Below are positions 29,157-38,084 of a DNA stretch of 64,000 nucleotides, one piece after another. Under the pieces are notes generated by a model, which made no database searches, was not told the origin of the DNA, and worked only from the letters and a program-made list of their open reading frames with translations. The position numbers were made by a program, and so were the translations under genes. Source of the stretch: an uncultured Balneolaceae bacterium (GTDB lineage Bacteria; Bacteroidota; Rhodothermia; Balneolales; Balneolaceae); the NCBI GenBank assembly GCA_964490705.1, contig CAZBCG010000011.1, positions 8,834 to 72,833 on the forward strand, written 5' to 3'. The stretch's first letter is position 1. Each line of letters opens with the position of its first letter.

Positions 29157-30380
29157 TTATGTTGCTCTTGCAATGGGCATGGTCATACATCGGGCGCCGC
29201 CGCGTCCGCGGCAGAGTTCGTGACCTAAAAAGCTGATTGCGATTTTCTTGTCGGAGGGGTCGAAGGGTGTATCTTTGTATTTTTCAATAAATTCGTATTG
29301 GTTCATAAGTTGATATCCGTGGTTTTTCAACTCCCGAAAGGTGTTTGTGTTTCGTTCATATCCCACAATAATGCCGGGTGCTATTGCAAAAACGTTTGCA
29401 CCGTCGGTCCATTGTTCACGGAATTGATTAGTTCGAATTTCGCCCCCGCATTTAATAAACGTAAAGTCGCGTCCCATCAGTTCTTGCAATGCTTTTTGCA
29501 GTGAGGGCATCGATTCCGTCGAAACCGATCCGTTTTCTGATCGCAGTGCCACCACGTTATTTTGGCGCTCGTTGATGGCTGGCGGAAAGGCGATACATTC
29601 GTTTTCGCTGGTAAAAGTGAAAATGGTATCTAGATGCATGGAGGAACGCTGTTTGGGTATATCTACGGCCAGCACATGCTTTACGCCGTGCTCAAGCAAT
29701 CCTTCGGTGGCAGTCATCAATCCGCTGAACGAGGTGCGTTCGCTCATGCCGATGAGTACTACTTCATCGGATGCAACCAGCACGTCGCCGCCCTCAATCG
29801 ATTCCTGATCGCCAATTTTGATAATGCGATCACGATTTTGCTCGAACATCGGGTGAAAATTGAGCATCGTTTCGGTAAGGATGGCCTCGCGAAGCCGGGC
29901 TTTTTTGGCGGGACGTGAAAGTAGGATACTGTCATTGACGACGGCAGCCAAATCGCGAGTAAATAGCATATTGGGGGTAGGATGCATCGTAAATTCGCGG
30001 ATAGCAGGTGTTGCTCCGTCAATCACAAAGCGAAGTAGATCGTACGGTTCCAGTTGCAGCAGTTCTTCTTCGATGGTGTGCAGATTTTGTTCGGCAAGCT
30101 GTGTAATCAGCTTCTCAACAAAAAAGGTGCGGGCCTCTTCGGTTTGCAGGCACTCCAGAAATAGATCCGTAATTTCATGGATTTCGCCATCTTCCGGCAT
30201 AGCGGCTTTGAAAATTTTGAGCATATCCAGATGCTCCTGGCGGGCGTCTTCTTCGAAAATGATATCATCAAAAAGTAGTTCGTCTTTAAGCTCGGGATTG
30301 ACGAGCGACACTTCATTGCCCGGGGTGTGAACAATTACGCTTTTTAGGTGACCGATCTCGGATGTAACGGATAAATTCAT
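29157..30380 (-). CDS. arcA: Arginine deiminase
   Basis: 'SEIGHL', 'LLFDD', 'FTRD', 'EGGD', 'MHLDT', 'GRGGARCMTMP' catalytic motifs. Confidence 0.93.
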   Translation of the reverse strand: MNLSVTSEIGHLKSVIVHTPGNEVSLVNPELKDELLFDDIIFEEDARQEHLDMLKIFKAAMPEDGEIHEITDLFLECLQTEEARTFFVEKLITQLAEQNLHTIEEELLQLEPYDLLRFVIDGATPAIREFTMHPTPNMLFTRDLAAVVNDSILLSRPAKKARLREAILTETMLNFHPMFEQNRDRIIKIGDQESIEGGDVLVASDEVVLIGMSERTSFSGLMTATEGLLEHGVKHVLAVDIPKQRSSMHLDTIFTFTSENECIAFPPAINERQNNVVALRSENGSVSTESMPSLQKALQELMGRDFTFIKCGGEIRTNQFREQWTDGANVFAIAPGIIVGYERNTNTFRELKNHGYQLMNQYEFIEKYKDTPFDPSDKKIAISFLGHELCRGRGGARCMTMPIARAT

Positions 30381-30391
30381 GAAAATCTATT

Positions 30392-30472
30392 CAGTTTGCA
30401 GTGAGCAGTGAACAGTAAACAGCAAGTCAAATCAACCAATCCTAAAATTGTTAATTGCTCACTGAATACTGC
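30392..30472. repeat. Inverted pair of degenerate heptamer arrays (CAGTGAG / CTCACTG)
   Basis: Left CAGTTTG CAGTGAG CAGTGAA CAGTAAA CAGCAAG; right AAAATTG TTAATTG CTCACTG AATACTG; 11 nt upstream of the arcA start. Confidence 0.8.
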
Positions 30473-30626
30473 CTTCAAATATACGTTTTGAATACCCAAT
30501 ATTTAAATCATCATTTCGGTGGAGAAATCGGTGAAAAATTATCTATATTTTCGCACGATTTGTGTTGCAACGCTGTTGTCTAACGCAAGCGCATTATCGA
30601 TGTAACTTTTGAATATGTAATAGACA

Positions 30627-31487
30627 ATGTCTTCAAAATCAGAAATAGAGTCTCTTGTTTATTTGCTGGATGATCCCGACCCCTATGTGCAAAGCGAGGT
30701 GAAGAATCGCTTGTTTGAGTTGGGGGAGCAGGCCGTTCCGCTGCTGGATCAACAAAAGAGCCAGACAACAAGTGACGAAGAACGCGAGCTCATTCACGAG
30801 ATCATCCAGTGGATTACCTACAGCAGTGTCGAGGAAGATTTTTTGGATGTGCTGGAGGGCGGACTCAATAACCTGAAGCAGCTCGAGGATGCCGTCTTTA
30901 TTTTATCCCGATTTGAAAACCCCACCCTGCGCGAAAGTGAGTACAAACAAAAGCTCGACCGTTTTGCAGAAATGATTGGCGACGAAGTGCGTTACTCACT
31001 TGATGACAGCCAGAAAATGCATGCCGTGCTCGACTTCGTGTTTTCGGAGCTCGGTTTTTCGGGCAGTACCAGTGATTATTACAATCCCGAAAATTCGTAT
31101 TTAAATCGTGTTATTGATCGACGTCAGGGGTTGCCGATTTCGCTGGCGCTTGTTGTATTATTTATCGGCCAGCGACTGAATTTGCCGTTCCACGGCGTGA
31201 ACATGCCGATCCATTTTATGCTCAAATACAAAGGCGAAATAGAGGATGTAATGATCGATCCCTTTGATCACGGCAAGTTGGTGAATTACAATCAGTGTTA
31301 TTATTTCTTAAAACAGAACGGTGTAGAGCCGAAAAGCAAGCATTTCAAAACGGCCGATGAAGTTCAGGTTTTGGCGCGGTGCATTCGCAATTTGATCAAC
31401 AGTTATGAAAAGCTGGATCGGCTGGATACGGCCGAAAGTCTCAAAAAATTGCTCAATACCGTTGAAATGATGGTTCAGCAGTCGTAG
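30627..31487 (+). CDS. SirB1/transglutaminase-like domain protein
   Basis: 'GFSG...YYNPENSYLNRVIDRRQGLPISL', 'GVNMPIHF', 'IDPF'. Confidence 0.9.
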   Translation: MSSKSEIESLVYLLDDPDPYVQSEVKNRLFELGEQAVPLLDQQKSQTTSDEERELIHEIIQWITYSSVEEDFLDVLEGGLNNLKQLEDAVFILSRFENPTLRESEYKQKLDRFAEMIGDEVRYSLDDSQKMHAVLDFVFSELGFSGSTSDYYNPENSYLNRVIDRRQGLPISLALVVLFIGQRLNLPFHGVNMPIHFMLKYKGEIEDVMIDPFDHGKLVNYNQCYYFLKQNGVEPKSKHFKTADEVQVLARCIRNLINSYEKLDRLDTAESLKKLLNTVEMMVQQS

Positions 31488-31569
31488 AGGCCGATTGCAG
31501 ATTTTGAAGTTCAGTTTGTTATGGGCATCTTGTAATGCGCCTTAAATGGCGTCTCTCTTGATGAATAGT

Positions 31570-31607
31570 GGAGGCCTCGCTTTGATCGGTGGGGCCTTCC
31601 CTTTTTT
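31570..31607 (+). terminator. Probable intrinsic terminator
   Basis: GGAGGCCTCGC / GTGGGGCCTTC stem (with G-U pairs) followed by T6, between convergent genes. Confidence 0.65.
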
Positions 31608-31652
31608 GGGATGTTCATCAAGGAGAAGCTTTTCTTTTAGGCAATGGATTTG

Positions 31653-33923
31653 CTACAGCTCGAAGCCGAAGGCATCTTTTTGTTCATTGGCATACTCAAA
31701 CGGATTGATCTGCTCGGCCAGATCGTAAAATGAATGGGCCTCTTCTTCGTTGCCGCTGAACTTGTGGATGTCTCCCGCCAGCTTGTACAGCATAGGATTG
31801 GCCGGCGCGTGTTCCATCAGATCTTTGAGTCTGGGAATGGCCTGATCCAGATCCTTATTTTCTACGTTAATGGCCAGCCGGTAGAGGTCGGCCCGGAGGG
31901 ATTCGTTTTGTGCTTTCAGCTGGTCGAGATAATGCATACAGCGGGAGTAGATATTGCGATTATAGTAAAAACGCACCAGCTGATAGATCAGCGAAGCAGG
32001 CAATTCAATATCATCGAGTCGATCTTCAAGTCGTCGCATTACTTCGCGCTCATCCATCACCATAAACAAATGCACCAGCTTGCATAGTGTTTCGGGATCG
32101 TGATCCGTTTTCAGAATTTCAGTTTTCAGCTCATCGGTAAAGAGCTTTTGAAATTGTTCTTCGATCTCCGGCTCGGGGAAGATCGGGTTTACGAGATCGT
32201 CCAGTGCCAGCAGCTGGTCGAAGGTATTCAGTGATTTGAGCTGCTCTTTCGAGAATACCTCCACATCCCACTTTTCATTAAAATAAGATACATTTTTCCA
32301 ATATTGTTCACTTTCGGTATCCAGATCGAGAGAAAAAGTCGTAGTGCCAAAATAATGCTTAACGCTCACATGGGGGGCTATGCCCACTTTGTATCCCTCT
32401 TTGCGTGCCTGAAAACAGAGATCGATATCCTCGAAAAAGGCCAGCTGATATTGCTCATCCATCCGCAGGTTGGCATTCGTGCGAACCATCATGCAGAAAC
32501 TGTCGAGATATTCGGCGTGCATTAATTTGGGATCGGAATCCTCAATATTGCGTTCAGCCTGGTCGGGATTCAGCGTTTTATTTGTTGAGGGCCCTACAAT
32601 GGCGAAACCCGGATGATTGTCCATTAAATTTTTGAGCTGCGAAAGGGCATCACCGGTAAATTCAATATCGTTGTGGATGATGCAGGCGTAGTCGCTGCTG
32701 GCTTTTTCCAATCCCTGGTTGATGGAGGTCGCAAATCCCGCATTCTTTTTATTGGTGATGACATGGCAGTTCAGAAATTTTTTTTCCTTCAGTTCTTCCA
32801 GGTAGTCGTGGGTATCATCGAGGCTGGCATTGTCGATGACGATCAGCTCCAGCGCCGAAGTATCGCAGTGCTCAGAAATAGAGAGCAGACAGTGTTCCAG
32901 GGCCGGTTTGCCATGCGTAGTTGTTGGAATAATCAGGCTGATATCTGATTCGCCGGGTGGAGTGGCCGGTTCCTGCGTGTCTTGCTTTGCCGTTTTGCTA
33001 ACTGTGTGCTTGAGCTCCGACGCTTCCACAAAACGTCGCTTCTTTTCCAGGATTTCAATTTTAAGCTGTTGCGCTTTGGTGTGGTCGGGGGTGTTTTCAA
33101 GTACATCATCAATTAGCTCCAGCGCAGAATTGAAGCGCCCGTCTTTTTTCATTTGTAGGGCTTCATTGAGCAGATCGTTGTCAAACTCTTTTTGCGAAAC
33201 GCGAGATTCATCTTCGCTGAGTGCACCCAGGTGTTCCAAAATAGTTGACCGACTTTGGCTCGCAATATCCGCCTGCCGCAAGACCGTCATAAGTAGTTCT
33301 TGACGAGTACGAAGGTCCACTTGGGGAGCTTCTACAAAACTGCTCGGCTTATACCAGTTACTCGCAATGCGCTGATACGAGAGGTCGCCCAGCCGGGCCG
33401 CCAACTCCAATCCGTGATATTGCTGCAGGTAAGGATTAAAAAAGTGATTGGCGGATGAGATGGACGACAGGTTCCAGATAAAATGGCCGTCGGCAGGCCA
33501 GTTGTTTTCTTGAATAAGATCAACCCATTGCCGGTGACTCGAGGGTAATTCATTTTGATGAATCAATGCCGCATCATTTGATTCTGCAAGTTTAGGCAGG
33601 CATTTTTTGAGCTCTGTTTCATCAATATCACCAATAGTTTCAGGCGCCCAAAACAGCGAACTGTTGCATTGCAGGATGGCTTCGTTTAGCGAATTGCCGC
33701 GGCCCACCGGTTTGGAATGGGGAAAGTAAAAGGTGTGCTCATGCTGGTGGTAATCCAACAGTGAGTGAATAGCATCGGCGCTGCCGTCCGTAGAACCATC
33801 GTCAATCAAAAACAACTCAAAGGGAATGTCGGACAGCTCGTAGAGCGAAGTAAGAGTCGATTCAACAATATCCCGTTGATTATGAACGACAATCGCAACC
33901 GAAAGCAGCGGTTTTTTTGACAT
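31653..33923 (-). CDS. Glycosyltransferase family 2 protein with two GT-A domains and TPR repeats
   Basis: 'LIDDGSTDGS' and 'VIDNASLDDT..NAGFATSINQG..FEDIDLCFQA' domains separated and followed by TPR-like helices. Confidence 0.88.
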   Translation of the reverse strand: MSKKPLLSVAIVVHNQRDIVESTLTSLYELSDIPFELFLIDDGSTDGSADAIHSLLDYHQHEHTFYFPHSKPVGRGNSLNEAILQCNSSLFWAPETIGDIDETELKKCLPKLAESNDAALIHQNELPSSHRQWVDLIQENNWPADGHFIWNLSSISSANHFFNPYLQQYHGLELAARLGDLSYQRIASNWYKPSSFVEAPQVDLRTRQELLMTVLRQADIASQSRSTILEHLGALSEDESRVSQKEFDNDLLNEALQMKKDGRFNSALELIDDVLENTPDHTKAQQLKIEILEKKRRFVEASELKHTVSKTAKQDTQEPATPPGESDISLIIPTTTHGKPALEHCLLSISEHCDTSALELIVIDNASLDDTHDYLEELKEKKFLNCHVITNKKNAGFATSINQGLEKASSDYACIIHNDIEFTGDALSQLKNLMDNHPGFAIVGPSTNKTLNPDQAERNIEDSDPKLMHAEYLDSFCMMVRTNANLRMDEQYQLAFFEDIDLCFQARKEGYKVGIAPHVSVKHYFGTTTFSLDLDTESEQYWKNVSYFNEKWDVEVFSKEQLKSLNTFDQLLALDDLVNPIFPEPEIEEQFQKLFTDELKTEILKTDHDPETLCKLVHLFMVMDEREVMRRLEDRLDDIELPASLIYQLVRFYYNRNIYSRCMHYLDQLKAQNESLRADLYRLAINVENKDLDQAIPRLKDLMEHAPANPMLYKLAGDIHKFSGNEEEAHSFYDLAEQINPFEYANEQKDAFGFEL

Positions 33924-34171
33924 AAATTCGCATCCCGAATGAAGCAGTTAGTTCACCGAAATATACGAGGTGAAACGAAAAAGGCGAAAATAATTAAGAT
34001 GTAGCTTTATATTACAGATCCTTAATTTTAGAAGTAACATTTTTATGCTATGGAATTTGATTGTGATAACCGTTTACTATTTTAGCAATAAGATCGCAGT
34101 GCAACATTACTGTTTAAATTTCATATAATGATTTACGCAATTAAACCGACAAAAATATAATTTCAGTTTTT

Positions 34172-34582
34172 ATGAATATGTTACAGAAAGGAATGCTCTT
34201 GGGACTTCTTGTTATTGCTGTACTTCTGCAAGGTTGTGTTTCATCAGGTTCGGTAGCGGAACAGTCGAATGTATATAATCAGGGATTTAATAAAATGGTA
34301 GATGTAGTCCATCGTGCGGCACGTGGCAGTTCGCTAGAGATCAGGTATTCTGAGCCATCCAGAAATGGTACAACACATACCGTCAAGTTTAATAAGAAGG
34401 AATATGCTAATACGCAGTCTTTACAAGGTGAGCAGGGGACAGCTTTTATTGAAAAATTGGAGGATGGTAAAACACGAGTTACGATTGAAAATCCTGAGTA
34501 TTCCTATTCAGTTCCCCACAGCGATCGAATAGATTACAAAAGTATTCTCACAAAAAAGATTAATGAAATCTTAAATGGGTAG
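34172..34582 (+). CDS. Hypothetical lipoprotein, paralog 1
   Basis: Lipobox LQG-C; shares 'EQG..IEK..D..TR...ENPEY...VP.....DY' with the next gene. Confidence 0.8.
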   Translation: MNMLQKGMLLGLLVIAVLLQGCVSSGSVAEQSNVYNQGFNKMVDVVHRAARGSSLEIRYSEPSRNGTTHTVKFNKKEYANTQSLQGEQGTAFIEKLEDGKTRVTIENPEYSYSVPHSDRIDYKSILTKKINEILNG

Positions 34583-34636
34583 CTGTTTTGTTCTAACTTC
34601 ACAGCAATTTTTAACTCTCTAGTGGATTAACATTTT

Positions 34637-35074
34637 ATGTTAAAGATTAAGTTATTTTCTAAGGTAATTGCAGCGATTTTTATTACAACGTTTCTATTCC
34701 AGGGGTGTGCTAATACGGGTAGTTCCAGAACCTCCTATGGTGATACTAGAGTGTATGCCGAAAGTTTTGAAGACGCCAGGGAGAAGGTGAAGCAAGGAAT
34801 ATCGCAGACCAACCTGGGAATTGAAGGGATAAGTGAAGCCGATGACGGCAATGCAGTAACATTTTTGGTTTCAAATAAAGTGAGCCGGAATAAAGATCAT
34901 GTGCAGCAGGAACAGGGAGAGGTCAGAATCGAAAAGGTATCGGATAGTGAAACGCGCATATCTGTCGAAAATCCGGAGTATCATTTTACGGTGCCTGAAT
35001 ATGAAAAAGAAGATTACCAGCGTACCCTGTTTCAGGCATTTGATGAGATAATGACGATAAAGAAAGATTCTTGA
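34637..35074 (+). CDS. Hypothetical lipoprotein, paralog 2
   Basis: Lipobox FQG-C; same C-terminal motif as the preceding gene. Confidence 0.8.
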   Translation: MLKIKLFSKVIAAIFITTFLFQGCANTGSSRTSYGDTRVYAESFEDAREKVKQGISQTNLGIEGISEADDGNAVTFLVSNKVSRNKDHVQQEQGEVRIEKVSDSETRISVENPEYHFTVPEYEKEDYQRTLFQAFDEIMTIKKDS

Positions 35075-36442
35075 TTAAAATCGGAGGGTAAACGTTGTCC
35101 CGGAATCTTCATCAGAAGTGACGGTAAGAGCCCCTCGATGTTTGCGCATAATTTGCCGCGACAGGCTCAGTCCAATTCCGGATCCGCCTCGGGATGTGGG
35201 CTGGCTGGTGCTGTAGAACGGAATAAAAATCTTCTGCTGGTTTTCCTCCTTGATGCCCGGTCCGTTATCGGAAACCTCAATAATAGGACGGCCTTCACTA
35301 TCAAACCGACCGGTGAGCGTTACAGTGGCATCAGCGGTATCTTCGAGTGCCCGAAAGGCATTTTTGGTTAAATTGATTAGTACCTGTTCAATGAGATCCG
35401 GGTCGGCAGTAATTTCCAGGGTTTCCGGATCGGTGCGGATGTTGACTGTTATATCTTGTGATTCGGCCTCTCCTTTATTGAGATTTTTAATCCTGCGCAA
35501 CATGTCGTCAACGCGGAAAAGCTCAAACTCGGGATCGGGAATCTGGGTAAAATCCCGATAGGAATTAACAAAGCGCATAAGTCCGTGGCTGCGATTATTG
35601 ATCGTTTCCAGGGCCTCTTTAACATCATCCAGCGATTCGGAATCAATATGATATTCCTCGTCGTTGTGCATCGCGCGCTGATTCAAGAGCATGCGAACGG
35701 TTTCAGAAAGCGAGGCAATGGGCGTAATCGAATTCATGATTTCGTGGGCCAGTACCTGCGTTAGATTTTGCCAGGCCTCCATTTCCTTTTCTTCGAGCTC
35801 GGTATGAATATTTTGAAACGAAACCAGCTTATAGTGCTCGTCATGCATCCGAAATTCGGTGGCCGAGATAGACAGTTGTAGCGTTTCATCATTGACGGAT
35901 ATCTGTGTGAGGGTCCGGTTGCCCCCCTCCAGTTCGGTGACTGTGTTGAACAGGGGCGCACTTATCTTTTTAAGGGCTGATACATTGCGAAGCGTGGGCA
36001 CATCAAACAGTCGTTTGGCAGCGGTATTAATCAGTTCAATCTCTCCATGGTGATTAAAAGAAATGAGTCCTACGCCTATATGCTGCACGACGGTTTGCAG
36101 GTAGCGGTAATTTTGATGCTTCTCGGCCCGTTCTTTCTTGAACTCATCAATAACCCGGTTAAAAGCATCATTCAATTCTTCGAACGAAGCTCCCAACCCG
36201 TGATCGGGAAATGCGCGCGAAAAATCGGAGTAGCGGATGGAGTTAAGGAAACGGCTGAGTTTTGCGTTTGTCTGTTCAACATAGCGGATGAGGTGCACAA
36301 CCAGCCCGATAATGACACCTGCAAGAATGGTTAGCGTGATATAATAGCTGGTTTGGAATAGCAGATACATCCACAGCGCCAGGCAGATGCTGAGCAGAAC
36401 TACGCGCCATATAACCCCGATGCGAAAGTGTTTAAAGATCAT
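35075..36442 (-). CDS. PAS-domain sensor histidine kinase (NtrY-like)
   Basis: Two TMs, H-box 'LAHEIMNSITPI', N-box 'QVLINLTKNA', 'DNGPGI', 'GSGIGLSL'. Confidence 0.95.
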   Translation of the reverse strand: MIFKHFRIGVIWRVVLLSICLALWMYLLFQTSYYITLTILAGVIIGLVVHLIRYVEQTNAKLSRFLNSIRYSDFSRAFPDHGLGASFEELNDAFNRVIDEFKKERAEKHQNYRYLQTVVQHIGVGLISFNHHGEIELINTAAKRLFDVPTLRNVSALKKISAPLFNTVTELEGGNRTLTQISVNDETLQLSISATEFRMHDEHYKLVSFQNIHTELEEKEMEAWQNLTQVLAHEIMNSITPIASLSETVRMLLNQRAMHNDEEYHIDSESLDDVKEALETINNRSHGLMRFVNSYRDFTQIPDPEFELFRVDDMLRRIKNLNKGEAESQDITVNIRTDPETLEITADPDLIEQVLINLTKNAFRALEDTADATVTLTGRFDSEGRPIIEVSDNGPGIKEENQQKIFIPFYSTSQPTSRGGSGIGLSLSRQIMRKHRGALTVTSDEDSGTTFTLRF

Positions 36443-37811
36443 ATTTTTCCATTCGTCGATATAATGATGCCCGGCTCAGGCCGAGTTCATCAGCAGATTT
36501 AGAAATATTCCGATCATGCTTGTCCAGTGCTTTGCGGATGACGATCTTCTCAACCTCTTCCAAATTATAGTCATCGAATGCCAGGCTCGATTGATCACCC
36601 TCAACCGAAGTCAATAGGAAATCATCCGCCTGCAATACATTGTGCTCGGTCATAATTACCGCGCGTTCTACCGCATGCTGAAGTTCGCGCACGTTGCCCG
36701 GCCACCGGTAGGTTTCCAGTTTATTGATGGCAGGTTCGGCCAGTGCTTGAATCTCTTTGTCGTATTTTTGGGCGTACTCATCCAGAAAGTGGTCGGCAAG
36801 CAGGGGAATGTCCACGGTGCGTTCGCGGAGGGGCGGTAAATGGATTTCGATGGTATTGATCCGATAGAGCAGATCCTGGCGGAATTCTTGATTCTGCACC
36901 ATCTGCTGTATGGGTTCGTTGGTGGCGCAGATCAGGCGGATATCGACCTCTCTGGATTTGTTTGAACCCACTCGCGTAATTGTTCGGGTTTCGATGGCCG
37001 ACAGTAATTTGGGTTGTAGCTGCAGGGGTAGATTCCCGATTTCATCCAGAAAAAGAGTGCCGCCCGAAGCCACTTCGAATCGTCCTGCGCGCGTTTCTTT
37101 GGCATCGGTGAAGGCACCCTTTTCGTGCCCAAAGAGCTCGCTTTCAAATAGATTTTCTGATATCGCTCCCATATCCACGCTGATGAATACTTCTTCGCTC
37201 CGGTCTGATCGTCGGTGCAGTGCGCGGGCCACCAGCTCTTTGCCGGTTCCGTTTTCGCCGGTGATAAGTACATTGGCATCGGTCTTGGCTACCTTTTCGA
37301 TGGTTTCAAACACTTCGGTCATAGCCGCACTCTTGCCGATTATATCCTGATAATGCTGGTCGATATCGGCACTGAGCTGCTTTTGTTGCGACTTGAGGAC
37401 CTCTACTTGCCGACGAGACTGGCTTAGATTTAGTGCGGAGTTGACCGTAGCAAGCAGTTTTTCGTTTTGCCAGGGCTTGAGCACAAAATTGGTGGCGCCC
37501 ATCTTAATTGCTTTCACGGCTTTTTCGACATCCCCATAAGCAGTAATAAGTACCACGGCAATGGACGAATCTATCTCTAATATTTTTTGCAGCCACTGGA
37601 ATCCTTCTTTGCCGCTGCTTACATCTTCAGTGAAATTCATATCCAGCAGCACTACATCGTAGCTGTTATTTTTTAACAGGTTGGGGATAGAACGAGGGTT
37701 CTGCTCAGTATCAACTTTGGCGACGTGCTGTTTTAAAAATAGGTTGGCGGCTTGTAGCACATCGTGGTCATCATCTACCACTAAAATATGTCCTTTATTT
37801 TTGTTGCTCAT
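36432..37811 (-). CDS. Sigma-54-dependent response regulator (NtrC family)
   Basis: Receiver 'VVDDD..LLDMNF', Walker A 'GENGTGKE', 'GAFTDA', 'LFLDEIG', 'WPGNVREL', Fis-type HTH. Confidence 0.97.
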   Translation of the reverse strand: MSNKNKGHILVVDDDHDVLQAANLFLKQHVAKVDTEQNPRSIPNLLKNNSYDVVLLDMNFTEDVSSGKEGFQWLQKILEIDSSIAVVLITAYGDVEKAVKAIKMGATNFVLKPWQNEKLLATVNSALNLSQSRRQVEVLKSQQKQLSADIDQHYQDIIGKSAAMTEVFETIEKVAKTDANVLITGENGTGKELVARALHRRSDRSEEVFISVDMGAISENLFESELFGHEKGAFTDAKETRAGRFEVASGGTLFLDEIGNLPLQLQPKLLSAIETRTITRVGSNKSREVDIRLICATNEPIQQMVQNQEFRQDLLYRINTIEIHLPPLRERTVDIPLLADHFLDEYAQKYDKEIQALAEPAINKLETYRWPGNVRELQHAVERAVIMTEHNVLQADDFLLTSVEGDQSSLAFDDYNLEEVEKIVIRKALDKHDRNISKSADELGLSRASLYRRMEKYDL

Positions 37812-37861
37812 CAGTTTTGGTTACATCAATTGTTACTTTTTGCGCTGAATGGTATATATCC

Positions 37862-37877
37862 TTCAAATATTGTACCA
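37862..37877 (-). promoter_or_regulatory. Candidate sigma-54 -24/-12 promoter for the regulator operon
   Basis: Minus strand TGGTACAATATTTGAA fits TGG-N8-TTG spacing, 50 nt upstream of the start. Confidence 0.55.
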
Positions 37878-37936
37878 TCAATTTTAGTGTCTTGTATCGC
37901 TTAGAACCACGCAGAAAACTATAATACGGAATAACC

Positions 37937-37973
37937 TGTTCGATTTCGAACACTTCCTGCACGGCCTTGCACA
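37937..37973. promoter_or_regulatory. Tandem enhancer-binding-protein sites (TGT-N10-ACA)
   Basis: Palindromic TGTTCGATTTCGAACA and degenerate TGCACGGCCTTGCACA starting 21 bp apart; same layout at 40757. Confidence 0.75.
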
Positions 37974-38025
37974 TGTTGTATATGGACTGATGCCTTTACA
38001 GTAGTATAATTGCTGATTTTGTGTT

Positions 38026-38041
38026 TGGCATAATCATTGTG
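38026..38041 (+). promoter_or_regulatory. Candidate sigma-54 -24/-12 promoter of the exporter operon
   Basis: TGGCATAATCATTGTG vs consensus TGGCAC-N5-TTGC; 89 bp from the first enhancer site. Confidence 0.7.
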
Positions 38042-38084
38042 TAATTCAAAGTGAACGAATCAGAGAAAAATTTAACAACGTCGA

